From: Candidatus Magasanikiibacteriota bacterium
GTDB taxonomy: Bacteria; Patescibacteriota; Patescibacteriia; Magasanikbacterales; UBA922
Direction: 5' to 3'
Length of the DNA stretch: 64,000 bases
NCBI GenBank assembly: GCA_014729395.1
Contig: WJJZ01000010.1
Location: 156,544 to 220,543 of the forward strand
Shown: positions 8,701 through 17,934 of the stretch, in pieces
How positions within the stretch are numbered: the first letter of the stretch is position 1
How the letters are laid out: each line of letters opens with the position of its first letter
Notes under the pieces: model-generated
Seen by the model: the letters and a program-made list of their open reading frames with translations, nothing else
Told to the model about the DNA's origin: nothing
The model's database searches: none
Translations under genes and position numbers: made by a program

Positions 8701-11284
8701 TATCTTTTTCAACATCAAACCGGTATTTATGTTCACCGCTGGCGCCGGTATTACCACTAAACTCGCCTACTTTATTCTCATAATAACTATATGAATATCT
8801 TTTACGTGTCACTTTATTTATAAAATCATAATCAGTACCGATTTCTTGTCTTTTATAACCAACTTCATATATTTCCGCTCTAAAATCAACATTGGCTCTC
8901 ACCGGACCCCGATAATCATAATAAATATTACCATCCCCACTGTTAATCTTATCAAAATCAAAGTAATTAAACTTGGTTGTTACTTCTGCTTTACCATCCT
9001 CCACCTTATTCGCTTTAACACTACCCAAAGTATCAAAATTGGCCACAATCACCATGGTACGACCGCTTATTTCTCCCAGTTCCGAATCTGCAGGATGAGC
9101 TTCTAAAGACTTATAAGACACACTAGCACAAGACCACTTATGTGTGCAGCTATGCTCTGATGTATTTATTACAGTCTTGACCCTGCCTTGAGAATCAGTA
9201 GTAACCTGTTGTCCATCAACCGATAAATCCAAATATGGTACTGGCGTCCCTTCAAAAAAATTAGTCTCAGCATCCAAATTAATATCTTCTCCGGCATAAA
9301 CAGCATACTTTTCCGGTGTAAGCTCTATTTGGTATTCGGGCTTAATATAATCTTGAACATTAATAAAATCCCTGGTCACGAATTCACCATCTACAAATAA
9401 CTCGACATGATAATATCCACTTTTAAGATCTTCCAAATTAAATTCCGCGGAAAAAGCACCGTTTGGATCCAATTCAATACTTACCTCTTCCAAAACAGCT
9501 GTTTCATGGTAATAATTAAAATAATCATTTTTTATAAGCTGAAGTTTTATGTCCTTATTTTTTAAATCATTACCATCACGATCTTGTAAAAACCCCCATA
9601 AATGGACTTTGTCATCCGGTTTGTAAACAGGTCTATCTTTTTCCAAAATTGTCCAATAGTCACCACCAAGGTTTCGATCGTATTTACTCAATTTAAACAA
9701 TGCTTTCTCCGATCCGTCGTCTATTACGATCTCATCGCTATCGGCATTAATCTTTTCAGTATCAAAAACCACCAGGCCATTGCTATTTGATGTGTATTCG
9801 TCTCCACTCCCAACCAGCCTAACTTTGGCAGCATTTATGGATGTATCGCTTTGTGCGTTCTTAAGCCAAACCAAAGACTGGTCTTCCAGTATATTTATAT
9901 AGGCGGCAATATTGGTAACTTGAAAAAAAGTCTGTAAAGTTCTATTGTCCGGTGTTTGCAGTTCCAGAGCATAAAAACCAACATCCAGGCTATCAGGTAA
10001 AACCAGATAATCTCTATTACGTGATTCGGTTGTTTTTAGATCAATATCCATGACTTGAACTGCATTACCAAGGTCAATCTTGGTATATCGATTCTGATAA
10101 CTCGCCCATGAAGGTATGGCACTTTTTTGACTAACCAATCTTTGATAGTTTTCCAAATTACCTAAATTATATACCGATACTTTATACTCAGCTTGGGTAC
10201 CATGCTCATATACCGGGAAAAAAGGAGTTACATCCGGAGAAAACTCACTAAGCTCTTTTCTAAAATAAATTTTTCGATAATTAGAAGCCGAGCCAGCAGC
10301 ATTGGTCTCAAATTGAAATTGAAAATCTTCTTCCAGTGATTCATCGGAATTTTCAAGGGGTAAATTTTTATCTACAGTTATAGTATAAATGGTACCGCTT
10401 TGTAATGTTTCATTTGGTACTAAAACCAAAGTCCGACCATGCTTTTCAAATCTATGGCTGATATTAGGTTCAATTGTGACATATTTATAATAATCATAAT
10501 AATCTTCATGACTAAAATAAATTTCTATACCGGTATTTAGCGGTACTTCGTCAACTTTGTCGCGCGGTAAACTGCCATAAATTTTAAACTGATCTTTGAC
10601 TTGGAAAGCCCAAGAATAGTCGCGCTCAACTGTTAAACCCTCGGAATTAACATATGCTGAATCAATTTTTAAATTATAAACAGTCCTGGTTTGAAGAGGA
10701 CTTTTTGGTGTAACTTTAAATTCTTGATTACTTATTACTTCAAAATTAAAATCAACCTCCGGAGTTAATTTAATATTTTCTTTTAACAAATTACTGTCTT
10801 CTATTTCGTCCTTGCTTTTTATTACAAAAGCGGTGCTGCTATCCACACCCAGACTGTCTGACTCAGTGGCTTCAACCGTAAAATTATCCTGGGCATAGGC
10901 CGGATTTATCAATAATTTTGAAAAGGGATCAAATAAACCGCCCGGCTGGCTTGGTTGCCAAATATAGATACTCGATATTGTGACCAATACCACCAGACCA
11001 ACAATCGCGGCCGGTACCAATCGCTTTGGCCTAAATAGGGTTTTTAGGGAAGCAATATTCAAACTTGGTTTTTTCATAATAATATTTTTTTTGCGCCGTT
11101 TCTCAATGATGTCTCGCTTTAGCGAATTTTTAAACTCTTGAGAAGCAGGCTGTGAATTAAAAATCCCCCGCTTGAGTTTACCCTCTGCTTCCTTTAACGA
11201 CGCAAACTTGGATTCATTACGTTTTTTATTGGATTTTTTATTATCCAAAAAATTCATTTTTTTATTTTTTGCCTTATTTTTCAT
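5714..11284 (-). CDS. Giant (1856 aa) single-pass membrane protein: Lys-rich cytoplasmic N-terminus, TM helix, Ig-like (Big_5/SbsA-type) and macroglobulin-like beta domains, embedded Hint/mini-intein-like domain, alpha-2-macroglobulin (A2M) domain, alpha-helical TED-like region without thioester, C-terminal receptor-binding-like domain
   Basis: A2M hallmark FKLPDNITSWR; TED-like LSLYGLAALDEP region but no CxEQ; C-terminal MG8-like region; start codon overlaps the stop of the upstream ECF sigma gene (ATGAAAAATAA overlap). Confidence 0.8.
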   Translation of the reverse strand: MKNKAKNKKMNFLDNKKSNKKRNESKFASLKEAEGKLKRGIFNSQPASQEFKNSLKRDIIEKRRKKNIIMKKPSLNIASLKTLFRPKRLVPAAIVGLVVLVTISSIYIWQPSQPGGLFDPFSKLLINPAYAQDNFTVEATESDSLGVDSSTAFVIKSKDEIEDSNLLKENIKLTPEVDFNFEVISNQEFKVTPKSPLQTRTVYNLKIDSAYVNSEGLTVERDYSWAFQVKDQFKIYGSLPRDKVDEVPLNTGIEIYFSHEDYYDYYKYVTIEPNISHRFEKHGRTLVLVPNETLQSGTIYTITVDKNLPLENSDESLEEDFQFQFETNAAGSASNYRKIYFRKELSEFSPDVTPFFPVYEHGTQAEYKVSVYNLGNLENYQRLVSQKSAIPSWASYQNRYTKIDLGNAVQVMDIDLKTTESRNRDYLVLPDSLDVGFYALELQTPDNRTLQTFFQVTNIAAYINILEDQSLVWLKNAQSDTSINAAKVRLVGSGDEYTSNSNGLVVFDTEKINADSDEIVIDDGSEKALFKLSKYDRNLGGDYWTILEKDRPVYKPDDKVHLWGFLQDRDGNDLKNKDIKLQLIKNDYFNYYHETAVLEEVSIELDPNGAFSAEFNLEDLKSGYYHVELFVDGEFVTRDFINVQDYIKPEYQIELTPEKYAVYAGEDINLDAETNFFEGTPVPYLDLSVDGQQVTTDSQGRVKTVINTSEHSCTHKWSCASVSYKSLEAHPADSELGEISGRTMVIVANFDTLGSVKANKVEDGKAEVTTKFNYFDFDKINSGDGNIYYDYRGPVRANVDFRAEIYEVGYKRQEIGTDYDFINKVTRKRYSYSYYENKVGEFSGNTGASGEHKYRFDVEKDKNYRVKVFAKDNHGRAFYQTAYFYNFQSRYDYDFYELEIKDKQETEDRDLNEYSIGETVKVEMKNNGKELSGSDKNDFLFLQMQRGLQDYQVSQNSEYGFKFTEEDIPNLRLKGVWYDGNTFHETYSNYWFGGGGNGSVIRVAKSDRELDIEVVSEKQTYQPGEDVNLYISVKDKFGRGVRSSFNINLVDEAVYKIREDYSNTLSELYAGVPSGELFSYSSHETPLFDQSGAEGGAGCFLSGTKITMADGSLKNIEDIVPGDEILTYDSPATRKLTKAKVVETFQHVVPGYIIINDSIEVTPEHRFYINDGWQMIGEAKVGDFMLDADGNYILIENIEKVKKTVEVFNFHVADYHTYIANGIYVHNEKGGARVDFKDTAMFFSGQTASNGKGEISFKLPDNITSWRVNAKAVTKSLLAGQSTGNINVSKPVFVLGTFADEYLASDKPIVKLRAYGSSLNRGDKVDFSMTIDDLGIDEERSSYAFVPEYFDLGNLKKGVYPLYHSVKTNGYSDAVIRPISVIDSRLKKEFTDFYELTQDIKLVQIPEDRFKMIFSDESQGKFYNRLTRLAWTWGDRIDQKLSRVLAGRFKQVYFDDEMTGNGEEIDKNLFQMSNGGIALLSYADSDFELSAKIAALAPQFFDRNALANYFYGFYNQTSLTEDEAALSLYGLAALDEPVLYPVQKMAQKEDLSVKNRLYIALAAEELGDTELARDMLDQLLSDYGEEFESMVRIKPSDNKDEILAATSLAANLAAGVDNDFHERLWNYVQKNYTREILVNLEELLYIKQRLTHLKPTPVSFVVTVDGKRIEKELEKGRTFTLSLTPEQYETFKVEEIDGDVGVTVSYFAAPNQYAEEPGRVTYVSVEKKYFVDGQETTTFKENDVVEVRLYPSINPNSVDGAYTVTDILPSGLSIIKRPYARGDIDYDSCIIYPYRSGYNIIKTNYYKGSKCGYRKYYARVNSLGEFTVEPAVIQSVNTEDIINYSEPGTIVIENVE
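7604..7990 (-). other. Hint / bacterial intein-like (BIL) mini-intein domain embedded in the A2M-like protein (aa 1099-1227)
   Basis: Block A CFLSGTKITMADG, block B TPEHRF (TxxH), block F/G VFNFHVADYHTYIANGIYVHN ending His-Asn; +1 residue is Glu (not Cys/Ser/Thr); no endonuclease domain. Confidence 0.75.
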
Positions 11285-11843
11285 ATTTTTTGTGTATCAA
11301 AGCAAATTTTTTCAAAGCTCTGTGAATTGTTACCCGGCTATTGTTCACCGACATACCCATAACCTCGGCTATTTCTTGGTTAGATAGTTCGGCATAAAAC
11401 TTCAAATGCAATATTCTTTGATATTTTTCTTTTAAATCACCTAAAGCTTTTTGAACTATTGTAGCCTCATATGATGCCTGCATTTCATCTTCGGGTGAAT
11501 CGGATTCAATCGGTTTATTTTCTAATCCTTCCATACCGGATTCTTTTTTCCTTCCTTGTTTACGGTAATAATCAATTAAATTATTATTGGCAATTGTATA
11601 AATCCAAGAAGAAAAACTGCCTTTTTTCGGGCTAAAACCGCTTAAATTACAAAAAACTTTCATAAAAGTACTAGATACCAAATCTTCAGTTGCTTCTTTA
11701 TTGCCGGTACGTTTAAAGATAAAGCCATATATCTTGGGAAAATAATGTTCATACAAAATTTCAAAAGAAGCTTCATCATCTTTTGCTTTTTCCACCAGCT
11801 GATTTTCATTTTTTATTTTTTCATTTTTGACACTCTCTGCCAT
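11274..11843 (-). CDS. ECF-type RNA polymerase sigma-70 factor
   Basis: Sigma70 region 2 (FMKVFCNLSGF...WIYTIANNNLIDYYRK) and region 4 HTH (LSNQEIAEVMGMSVNNSRVTIHRALKK); 189 aa. Confidence 0.85.
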   Translation of the reverse strand: MAESVKNEKIKNENQLVEKAKDDEASFEILYEHYFPKIYGFIFKRTGNKEATEDLVSSTFMKVFCNLSGFSPKKGSFSSWIYTIANNNLIDYYRKQGRKKESGMEGLENKPIESDSPEDEMQASYEATIVQKALGDLKEKYQRILHLKFYAELSNQEIAEVMGMSVNNSRVTIHRALKKFALIHKKYEK

Positions 11844-11881
11844 AAACTACTACGAAATAAATTTAAATCCATTACAGTTTT

Positions 11882-12784
11882 TTAAACTACAAACAAAGCC
11901 AAGCCCACAGCCACCAAAACAATGGCTGAAAGCTGCAGCCAAAATTCTTTTTTGGTAAAATACTCTTTGAATATTTTTGGATAAAAAACACTCATTAAAT
12001 AAATCAAGGCAAACATGGCGACAAATTGAAATCCGGCCAGTGCATTGACGACAGTAACGGAACCGATCGCAATCGCATACTGGATTAATATTACTCCAAT
12101 AAATCCCAATATTTTTGTAACAGCCACAATTGATAAGGCATGTTTGCGGTATTTGCTTTTGACTTTCTTTTTTCTTTTTTTAAAAATTCTTCGAACGGCC
12201 GGTGAAAACAACAAAAAAAGAGCAAAAAAGCCGGTTGTAAATCTGGTCCATATAAATACCGGCAAAAAATCATTTATATCATATAAATATTTTGCGCAAA
12301 TATGAGAAAAAGCAAACAATATTCCGGCTAAAAAAGCATATAAATAACCGACATGGATATGATTGTTATTTTTTGTTTTCTCAAAAGATAATAAAACCGT
12401 AGCAATTACCAACACTAAAAAGCCAATATTATCAAATAAAGACAAACGCTCACCAAGAATAAAAAAAGCTGTTAAATAAGTGGCGATTGCGGTAATTGCT
12501 CCGACGAAAGGATTGATATGACTGGCCTCGCCTTTTTTGGTGGCTACAAACATGGCCCACAAGGCCAAACCAAAAGTAATTCCGGAAACCAACGCCCACA
12601 GCCATTCCGTTCCGGACAATAATTCCGGCGCCAGAGGATACAAAAGCAAAGCACCGAACATGAAAATTGTGGAATAAAAAGTATAAACAATCGGTTTTCC
12701 GACTGATTTTGTTAGAATAAATTTATCCAGAGTAACCGTTAGCGCCAAAGCGCTATATCCCAAAATTGCAAGAAAAAACCACAT
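11882..12784 (-). CDS. EamA/DMT-superfamily membrane transporter
   Basis: 300 aa, about 10 TM helices in two repeated halves, EamA-like. Confidence 0.6.
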   Translation of the reverse strand: MWFFLAILGYSALALTVTLDKFILTKSVGKPIVYTFYSTIFMFGALLLYPLAPELLSGTEWLWALVSGITFGLALWAMFVATKKGEASHINPFVGAITAIATYLTAFFILGERLSLFDNIGFLVLVIATVLLSFEKTKNNNHIHVGYLYAFLAGILFAFSHICAKYLYDINDFLPVFIWTRFTTGFFALFLLFSPAVRRIFKKRKKKVKSKYRKHALSIVAVTKILGFIGVILIQYAIAIGSVTVVNALAGFQFVAMFALIYLMSVFYPKIFKEYFTKKEFWLQLSAIVLVAVGLALFVV

Positions 12785-12791
12785 GTAAAAT

Positions 12792-12853
12792 AAGTCTAAA
12801 GTCTAAAGTCTAAAGTCTAAAGTTGATTTAAGATTTTTGACTTTTAACTTTAG
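12792..12853. repeat. Tandem heptamer (AGTCTAA x4) followed by an 11-bp-stem hairpin (AGTCTAAAGTT ... AACTTTAGACT)
   Basis: Direct reading of the sequence; intergenic between the GT-B-like gene and the EamA gene. Confidence 0.6.
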
Positions 12854-12854
12854 A

Positions 12855-14243
12855 CTACAGTAGATGCATGTCTTCAATTTCACTCCTCTTTCCTTCCAGC
12901 ACGATTTCCTCTGTGTGATAAGCTCCGTTTCTTGGAGCATCCAAAAAACCTTCCATTGCTGCTTGAGCCAGCCAACCCGAACTTAGCCAATCAAACAGCC
13001 ATTCGTGCGTATACCGCGGATCGTCCTGTTCAAAACCGGCTCCGACCGCGTGTAGCCAGTCTTTGTTGTAATCTTCTTGCGACCCGATTGGCGGAGCCAT
13101 AATAATCGGCAGACCCAAACCCGCATAAAAAGACAGTTCACTCGGCTTTGTCCATAAAATATCAGTAGTTAGCAAGATTTGATTAAATTTTTTAAAATAA
13201 TCAATTTTGTTTGTATCGTAAATAATATTCAAGCTGGTTCCAAGACTTTTGTCTATCCCCATCATGCGCGCGTAATTATAATAATACTTATAGACATCAT
13301 TTCTAACCCCGGCTACCAAATTCAAATGGACTTGTTTTTTTCTAATTAGAGAATGCAGGCTTTCCAAAATTGTAGAACCGATTTGCCTTTGGGCACCGGC
13401 ACCACCGACCGCAAAAGTAATAGTCAAGGGGTGGCGAGGTTTTTTGTTGCAATAATCACGTCCCAAATAATATTTTAAAGTCCTTTGGTATTTATCCCGA
13501 TAACGATTTTCCGGATCAAGATTGGCAATTCTATATGCTATACTTTTTTTCAAAATATGCAAATCCTTGCCGCCGATATTTTCCTTTGGCAGAGGAAAAC
13601 CGGTGATATAAATATTTTTTTCTTTTACCCCGTATAACATCAAACGTTCTTTTACTCTACGATTGGGTGCCAAATATTTTATTCTACTTTTTGCCGGTTC
13701 CATTCCCACCCAGGCCCGAGATATATCCGTATCTGTACATATGCAGTAAATATCTTCTTTAAAATTGTGATATTCGGCAAAAAAAGCGGTACTAAAAAAA
13801 GAAGTTATCATCGGCAAAGGTTTTCTGTTTAAAACCTCTATCAAATGCTTGCCCCAGCCTTTTTCGATCATGCGATAAATACTTCTTACTTGAAATGTTG
13901 GTCTGGATAAATCACGTTTGGGATAAAAGGGTTCTATCCTCTGCAGATGATCCATCACACCAAAAAATATTTTTCCAATAAGAGGAATTTTTTTCATTCT
14001 GGAAATCTTTTCATAAATTGACCTTCCACCCTCCCAACGCCGTTTATCATACCCGGGAATTCCGGGATAATTATTGGCTGTAATTATATTGTGAGTATCA
14101 ATACCGCAACCATCCCAACCCTCGGGACAGGCGGCAATATCCTTTAATGGATAAACAGCTCGTTGATGACCATAGCCCATATCAACCGTGACGACATAGG
14201 CTTTTTTATACTGCTTTTGTTTTTTATTTTTTTTCTTTGGCAT
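12855..14243 (-). CDS. Putative GT-B fold glycosyltransferase (MGDG-synthase/MurG-like), hypothetical
   Basis: N-terminal VDMGYGHQRA (G-x-GH motif typical of GT28-like N domains) and C-terminal TFAVGGAGAQ Gly-rich loop; weak. Confidence 0.35.
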   Translation of the reverse strand: MPKKKNKKQKQYKKAYVVTVDMGYGHQRAVYPLKDIAACPEGWDGCGIDTHNIITANNYPGIPGYDKRRWEGGRSIYEKISRMKKIPLIGKIFFGVMDHLQRIEPFYPKRDLSRPTFQVRSIYRMIEKGWGKHLIEVLNRKPLPMITSFFSTAFFAEYHNFKEDIYCICTDTDISRAWVGMEPAKSRIKYLAPNRRVKERLMLYGVKEKNIYITGFPLPKENIGGKDLHILKKSIAYRIANLDPENRYRDKYQRTLKYYLGRDYCNKKPRHPLTITFAVGGAGAQRQIGSTILESLHSLIRKKQVHLNLVAGVRNDVYKYYYNYARMMGIDKSLGTSLNIIYDTNKIDYFKKFNQILLTTDILWTKPSELSFYAGLGLPIIMAPPIGSQEDYNKDWLHAVGAGFEQDDPRYTHEWLFDWLSSGWLAQAAMEGFLDAPRNGAYHTEEIVLEGKRSEIEDMHLL

Positions 14244-14270
14244 AATTTTTAGTTTATTATACCATATTTA

Positions 14271-15845
14271 TTAATTATTTGCTGCACCAAACCATTTATC
14301 GATTACGGCCTCAGCGGTTTTATTTCTTATGGAATTATTAATGCTAATTCTGGGCTTAACCTCAGGATCCATAGCATCATCCCACCAATATCCCAATATT
14401 GTAATTCTTTCAATAAAATCTCTACCTTCCAATGACCGCATAAATGCCTCATATATATCAGCTTGATGCTGCCAATCCGCTTCAACAGATGTTACTTCCG
14501 GTTTATAGAATTCATAAAACTCATGAAAGCCCTCATAATTAACCGAATCTTTAAAACTGGAAAAGCCCAGATTCAATGAAAGCTGTATATCAAGTTCCCT
14601 TGCTCTTGTTTCTATATCGTCTAAATATCTATCAAAAGCTTTTTTCATCTCTTCTATATTAGGGTTTGGTTGTACTTGGTAGGCACCGGGGAGATAAAAT
14701 ATATCCATATAAACCATATCAGCCTGGCGATAGTAATCATATTTATTCCAGTCGTCAGGACCTGACTGCTCACCCATAATGGAATAACGATCAATTATTA
14801 CCCCTATGTTACCTTCAAAATAATTTTGTAAGCTATTTATAGTTTCTTTCCATCTTTTATTTGCCAACTCTTCATAGGGATGGAAGCTGGGGTTGTGCCA
14901 ACCCGGAGTTATTATCATAGTATCAAACCCGGATTTTTTTAGCATTTGCGCTCTATGATTTAACACTCTGGCCCACTGTGCAAAAAAGGCTTCTACCCAT
15001 TCTCGACTTTTGTCCTGTGCCAAACGATCAAAATCGGACCCAACCCCACCGACAATATCTCCACTAGTAATATAGGCACCAATATTATTAAAATGCAGAT
15101 TAGATCGCCAAACGATTTCCATATCTCTATCGTGTGCTTGTTTTACCAGTTTATCCATATCTTCTTGAGTCATAGCTTCATCGCGTTGATCATTCCAAAA
15201 AATTTCCTCTTCAATATAAAAATTACTGTCCTTTACATCAACCCGGTCCTTTGCTTCTCCATCATATTTAACCCAAAAAAAATCTCTTGCTCCAGTTTCT
15301 TGAACACCCAATTCTGATAACCTACCAAAAGAAGATTCAACATTATTTCTGGTATCCTCGAACCACTCAAAATTATAATTACGACCCCAAGTATCGGCCA
15401 TATCCGCACCAAGAACCATATTCAAATCAGGTTCAAAACCCTGGTCACTCCACGAACTTACACCGTCAAAAACTTTTTTCTCTTTTTCATTGACAATCAA
15501 ATTCATATCTTCAGAAACTCCGCTTTCACTTCTATAATTATACTTAATTTTTTCCTGTCCAAAAACATCAATAACTGCTTGATATGTTAAATCTGAAATT
15601 TGTATCATATCCAAAACCTGTCCATCGGAAATATCCAATTTAATGCCTTTGGATATGTCTGTATTGTAAGGTACTGAAACTGTAAAAAAAATTTGTGCGT
15701 CTTCACCTTTTTTTATTTCAGTTTCACACCATGGTGGCATTGGCCATGGACCTTCGGGCGGACAATATCGAAACACAATCGTCATCACCACTATTATGCC
15801 TAAAAATATTAATAAGGACAAAATAATTAAAATTATCTTTTTCAT
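14271..15845 (-). CDS. Hypothetical membrane-anchored extracytoplasmic protein (possibly glycan-active)
   Basis: N-terminal TM; 524 aa; no confident motif. Confidence 0.4.
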   Translation of the reverse strand: MKKIILIILSLLIFLGIIVVMTIVFRYCPPEGPWPMPPWCETEIKKGEDAQIFFTVSVPYNTDISKGIKLDISDGQVLDMIQISDLTYQAVIDVFGQEKIKYNYRSESGVSEDMNLIVNEKEKKVFDGVSSWSDQGFEPDLNMVLGADMADTWGRNYNFEWFEDTRNNVESSFGRLSELGVQETGARDFFWVKYDGEAKDRVDVKDSNFYIEEEIFWNDQRDEAMTQEDMDKLVKQAHDRDMEIVWRSNLHFNNIGAYITSGDIVGGVGSDFDRLAQDKSREWVEAFFAQWARVLNHRAQMLKKSGFDTMIITPGWHNPSFHPYEELANKRWKETINSLQNYFEGNIGVIIDRYSIMGEQSGPDDWNKYDYYRQADMVYMDIFYLPGAYQVQPNPNIEEMKKAFDRYLDDIETRARELDIQLSLNLGFSSFKDSVNYEGFHEFYEFYKPEVTSVEADWQHQADIYEAFMRSLEGRDFIERITILGYWWDDAMDPEVKPRISINNSIRNKTAEAVIDKWFGAANN

Positions 15846-15862
15846 AGTAACTTTAAATTAAA

Positions 15863-16264
15863 TTATTGACCCAAACAAGCTCCGGCTTTTATATAATCAA
15901 AAGTACCGACTTCATCTTCACCACTTACTATCTGATCAACTCTGTCATCACCAAGTTTTTCTCTAAAGCAAGCTTCCATTTCAGGAGTAATTTCAGTAGG
16001 CAAAGCTTCAACATCCACACCGATTTTTTCCAAAGTTTTTTCCTGTTCAGTATCCAGTAGTGGGTGTTTGTCAGTCGACTCGTCAGTCTGGGTCATTTGT
16101 TCGTTACTTTTCGAATCAGACAGGTCGGTTTTCAAAAATTGCTTTAAATCATATGGATCAGCTACCCAAAACCATATGGCAAGAGCTATTACGGCTATAA
16201 TAAATAATGCAATTATAATGACCGCAATTTTAAAAATTGTCGATAAAAAACTTTTTATACTCAT
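15863..16264 (-). CDS. Hypothetical small membrane-anchored protein
   Basis: N-terminal TM helix, acidic C-terminal region. Confidence 0.4.
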   Translation of the reverse strand: MSIKSFLSTIFKIAVIIIALFIIAVIALAIWFWVADPYDLKQFLKTDLSDSKSNEQMTQTDESTDKHPLLDTEQEKTLEKIGVDVEALPTEITPEMEACFREKLGDDRVDQIVSGEDEVGTFDYIKAGACLGQ

Positions 16265-16265
16265 A

Positions 16266-16886
16266 TTATTTAAATTTTACTATTCTTGAATATTTAAAAT
16301 TTTCTTTTTTAATATAAAAATAACCTACGGTAGAAATAATTAATGCTCCGCAAGCATCAACTATGATATCCCACATGGTATCGACCAAACCCGACTTCAT
16401 CATATTTAAACCAAAAACAGAATCCATTAAAAATTCAAATACTTCCCACAACACTCCAATGGTTACAGCGAAACAAAATGAAAAAATAACAGTAAAAACC
16501 GGGCTCATTTCAAGGTGTACGGTTTTTTCGGCATGAAGCAAGCGAACCAATGAAAATCCTATAATACCGATGATAATACCGGACAAAAAATGCAAAAATA
16601 AATCCCACCACCAAAAAATTACATAAAATGATTGGATTTCTCCAAAATAGAGCGAGGCAAATAAAAAAAACAGAATTAAAATTTCAAATTCCGAAGGGTA
16701 ATCTATTTTTATTTCTCGTTCTATTATGCTAGGTAAAAAAGTAAAAAAAAGTGTAATAGAGGCCAAAGCCAAATTTATCCAATCTGCTTTTACTATGGCA
16801 ATTACGATTGCAACCAGCAATAAAATCCGCATCAACCAGGAAAAAACAAATTTGACCTTTTCTATACGCCTCATATTTATTGCCAT
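16266..16886 (-). CDS. Hypothetical polytopic membrane protein
   Basis: 5-6 TM helices; WEVFEF motif; overlaps msrA start by 10 nt. Confidence 0.45.
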   Translation of the reverse strand: MAINMRRIEKVKFVFSWLMRILLLVAIVIAIVKADWINLALASITLFFTFLPSIIEREIKIDYPSEFEILILFFLFASLYFGEIQSFYVIFWWWDLFLHFLSGIIIGIIGFSLVRLLHAEKTVHLEMSPVFTVIFSFCFAVTIGVLWEVFEFLMDSVFGLNMMKSGLVDTMWDIIVDACGALIISTVGYFYIKKENFKYSRIVKFK

Positions 16887-17416
16887 TTATCTTTAAATTT
16901 ATCTTTTATTTTTTTCATCTTTGGGGCGATAATTAGCTTACAATAAGCTGCTTCTTTGTTTTTATTATAATAATCTTTATGATGAGATTCAGCTTTATAA
17001 AATTTTTCAAATTTTTTTATTTCAGTCACAATCGGTCTTTTAAAATCAGATTTTATTGCTTTTATATATTTTTTTATAACATCTTTTTGATTATCATCAT
17101 TAAACAGAATAATGGAACGATATTGCGTACCAACATCTTCACCCTGACGATTTTTTGTAGTAGGGTCATGAGCTGCAAAAAAAACTTCAAGGATTTCTTT
17201 TAGTGAAATTTTTTTATCATCAAATTTTACTTTTATTACCTCCGCATGACCGGTGCTACCCGTTGCAACTAACTTATAATTTGGATTTTTAACCCAACCT
17301 CCGGCATAACCGGGAATGACTTTCTTTACGCCTTTTATTTTTTTAAAAATCGCCTCTGTACACCAAAAACAACCCCCGCCTAAAACAATCTCCGGTTTCA
17401 TATTTTTTTTAAACAT
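16877..17416 (-). CDS. msrA: Peptide methionine sulfoxide reductase MsrA
   Basis: GGGCFWC active-site motif, GHAEVIKVKFD. I place the start at the ATG at 17414-17416 (MFKKNMKPEI...) because a hairpin ATCTGCCGTCCTCACGAGGGCAGAT would lie inside the longer ORF-track start. Confidence 0.85.
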   Translation of the reverse strand: MFKKNMKPEIVLGGGCFWCTEAIFKKIKGVKKVIPGYAGGWVKNPNYKLVATGSTGHAEVIKVKFDDKKISLKEILEVFFAAHDPTTKNRQGEDVGTQYRSIILFNDDNQKDVIKKYIKAIKSDFKRPIVTEIKKFEKFYKAESHHKDYYNKNKEAAYCKLIIAPKMKKIKDKFKDKWQ

Positions 17417-17573
17417 ATTATATATCAATAAATATTTATCTGCCGTCCTCACGAGGGCAGATTCCAATTTTATTATTACCATTTAAATTTCATGGAAATA
17501 ATTCTGATGCGCTCAAAGCAGAGAAGATTACTAAGCTTAGGTGATATTATAGATAGATATTAAACTAAACGGT

Positions 17574-17933
17574 TTACTTTTTCTTAAACTCCAAAGAGAT
17601 GGAATTTACACAGTGACGGGTATTTTTCTCTGTCATACCTTCACCTGTAAAAACGTGTCCCAAATGAGCTCCGCATTGGGCGCATTGTATTTCCGTTCTG
17701 ACGCCGTCGTCATCCGGTATTTTTTTTAAAGCTCCGGGAATTTCATCATCAAAACTCGGCCAACCACAACCGGCTTCAAATTTATCTTTTGACAGAAACA
17801 ACTCGGCTCCGCAGCGCTTGCACGTATACACACCTTTTTCAAAGTGCTGGTCATACTTACCACTAAACGGCCGTTCCGTACCTTTGTTTACTATCACTTC
17901 CTGCTCCTCCGCAGTCAATTTTTTGTTATTCAT
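17574..17933 (-). CDS. msrB: Peptide methionine sulfoxide reductase MsrB (SelR)
   Basis: Two CxxC zinc pairs ([20 protein letters not shown]), RHCVNS active site. Confidence 0.9.
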   Translation of the reverse strand: MNNKKLTAEEQEVIVNKGTERPFSGKYDQHFEKGVYTCKRCGAELFLSKDKFEAGCGWPSFDDEIPGALKKIPDDDGVRTEIQCAQCGAHLGHVFTGEGMTEKNTRHCVNSISLEFKKK

Positions 17934-17934
17934 A

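Noticed and set aside
5714-11284. Thioester (CxEQ) site in the A2M-like protein
   Set aside because: No GCGEQ/CLEQ-like motif is present; the corresponding TED region reads QMSNGGIALL. I call it a thioester-less A2M homologue
12792-12819. Short tandem repeats (12792-12819 and 44011-44038) as possible CRISPR arrays
   Set aside because: The units are 7 nt, contiguous, without spacers, and one lies inside a coding sequence. No cas genes are present. Not CRISPR
17438-17462. Hairpin ATCTGCCGTCCTCACGAGGGCAGAT as a stand-alone rho-independent terminator
   Set aside because: No clean U-tract follows on the coding (minus) strand. It was kept only as an argument for the shorter msrA start, not as a called terminator
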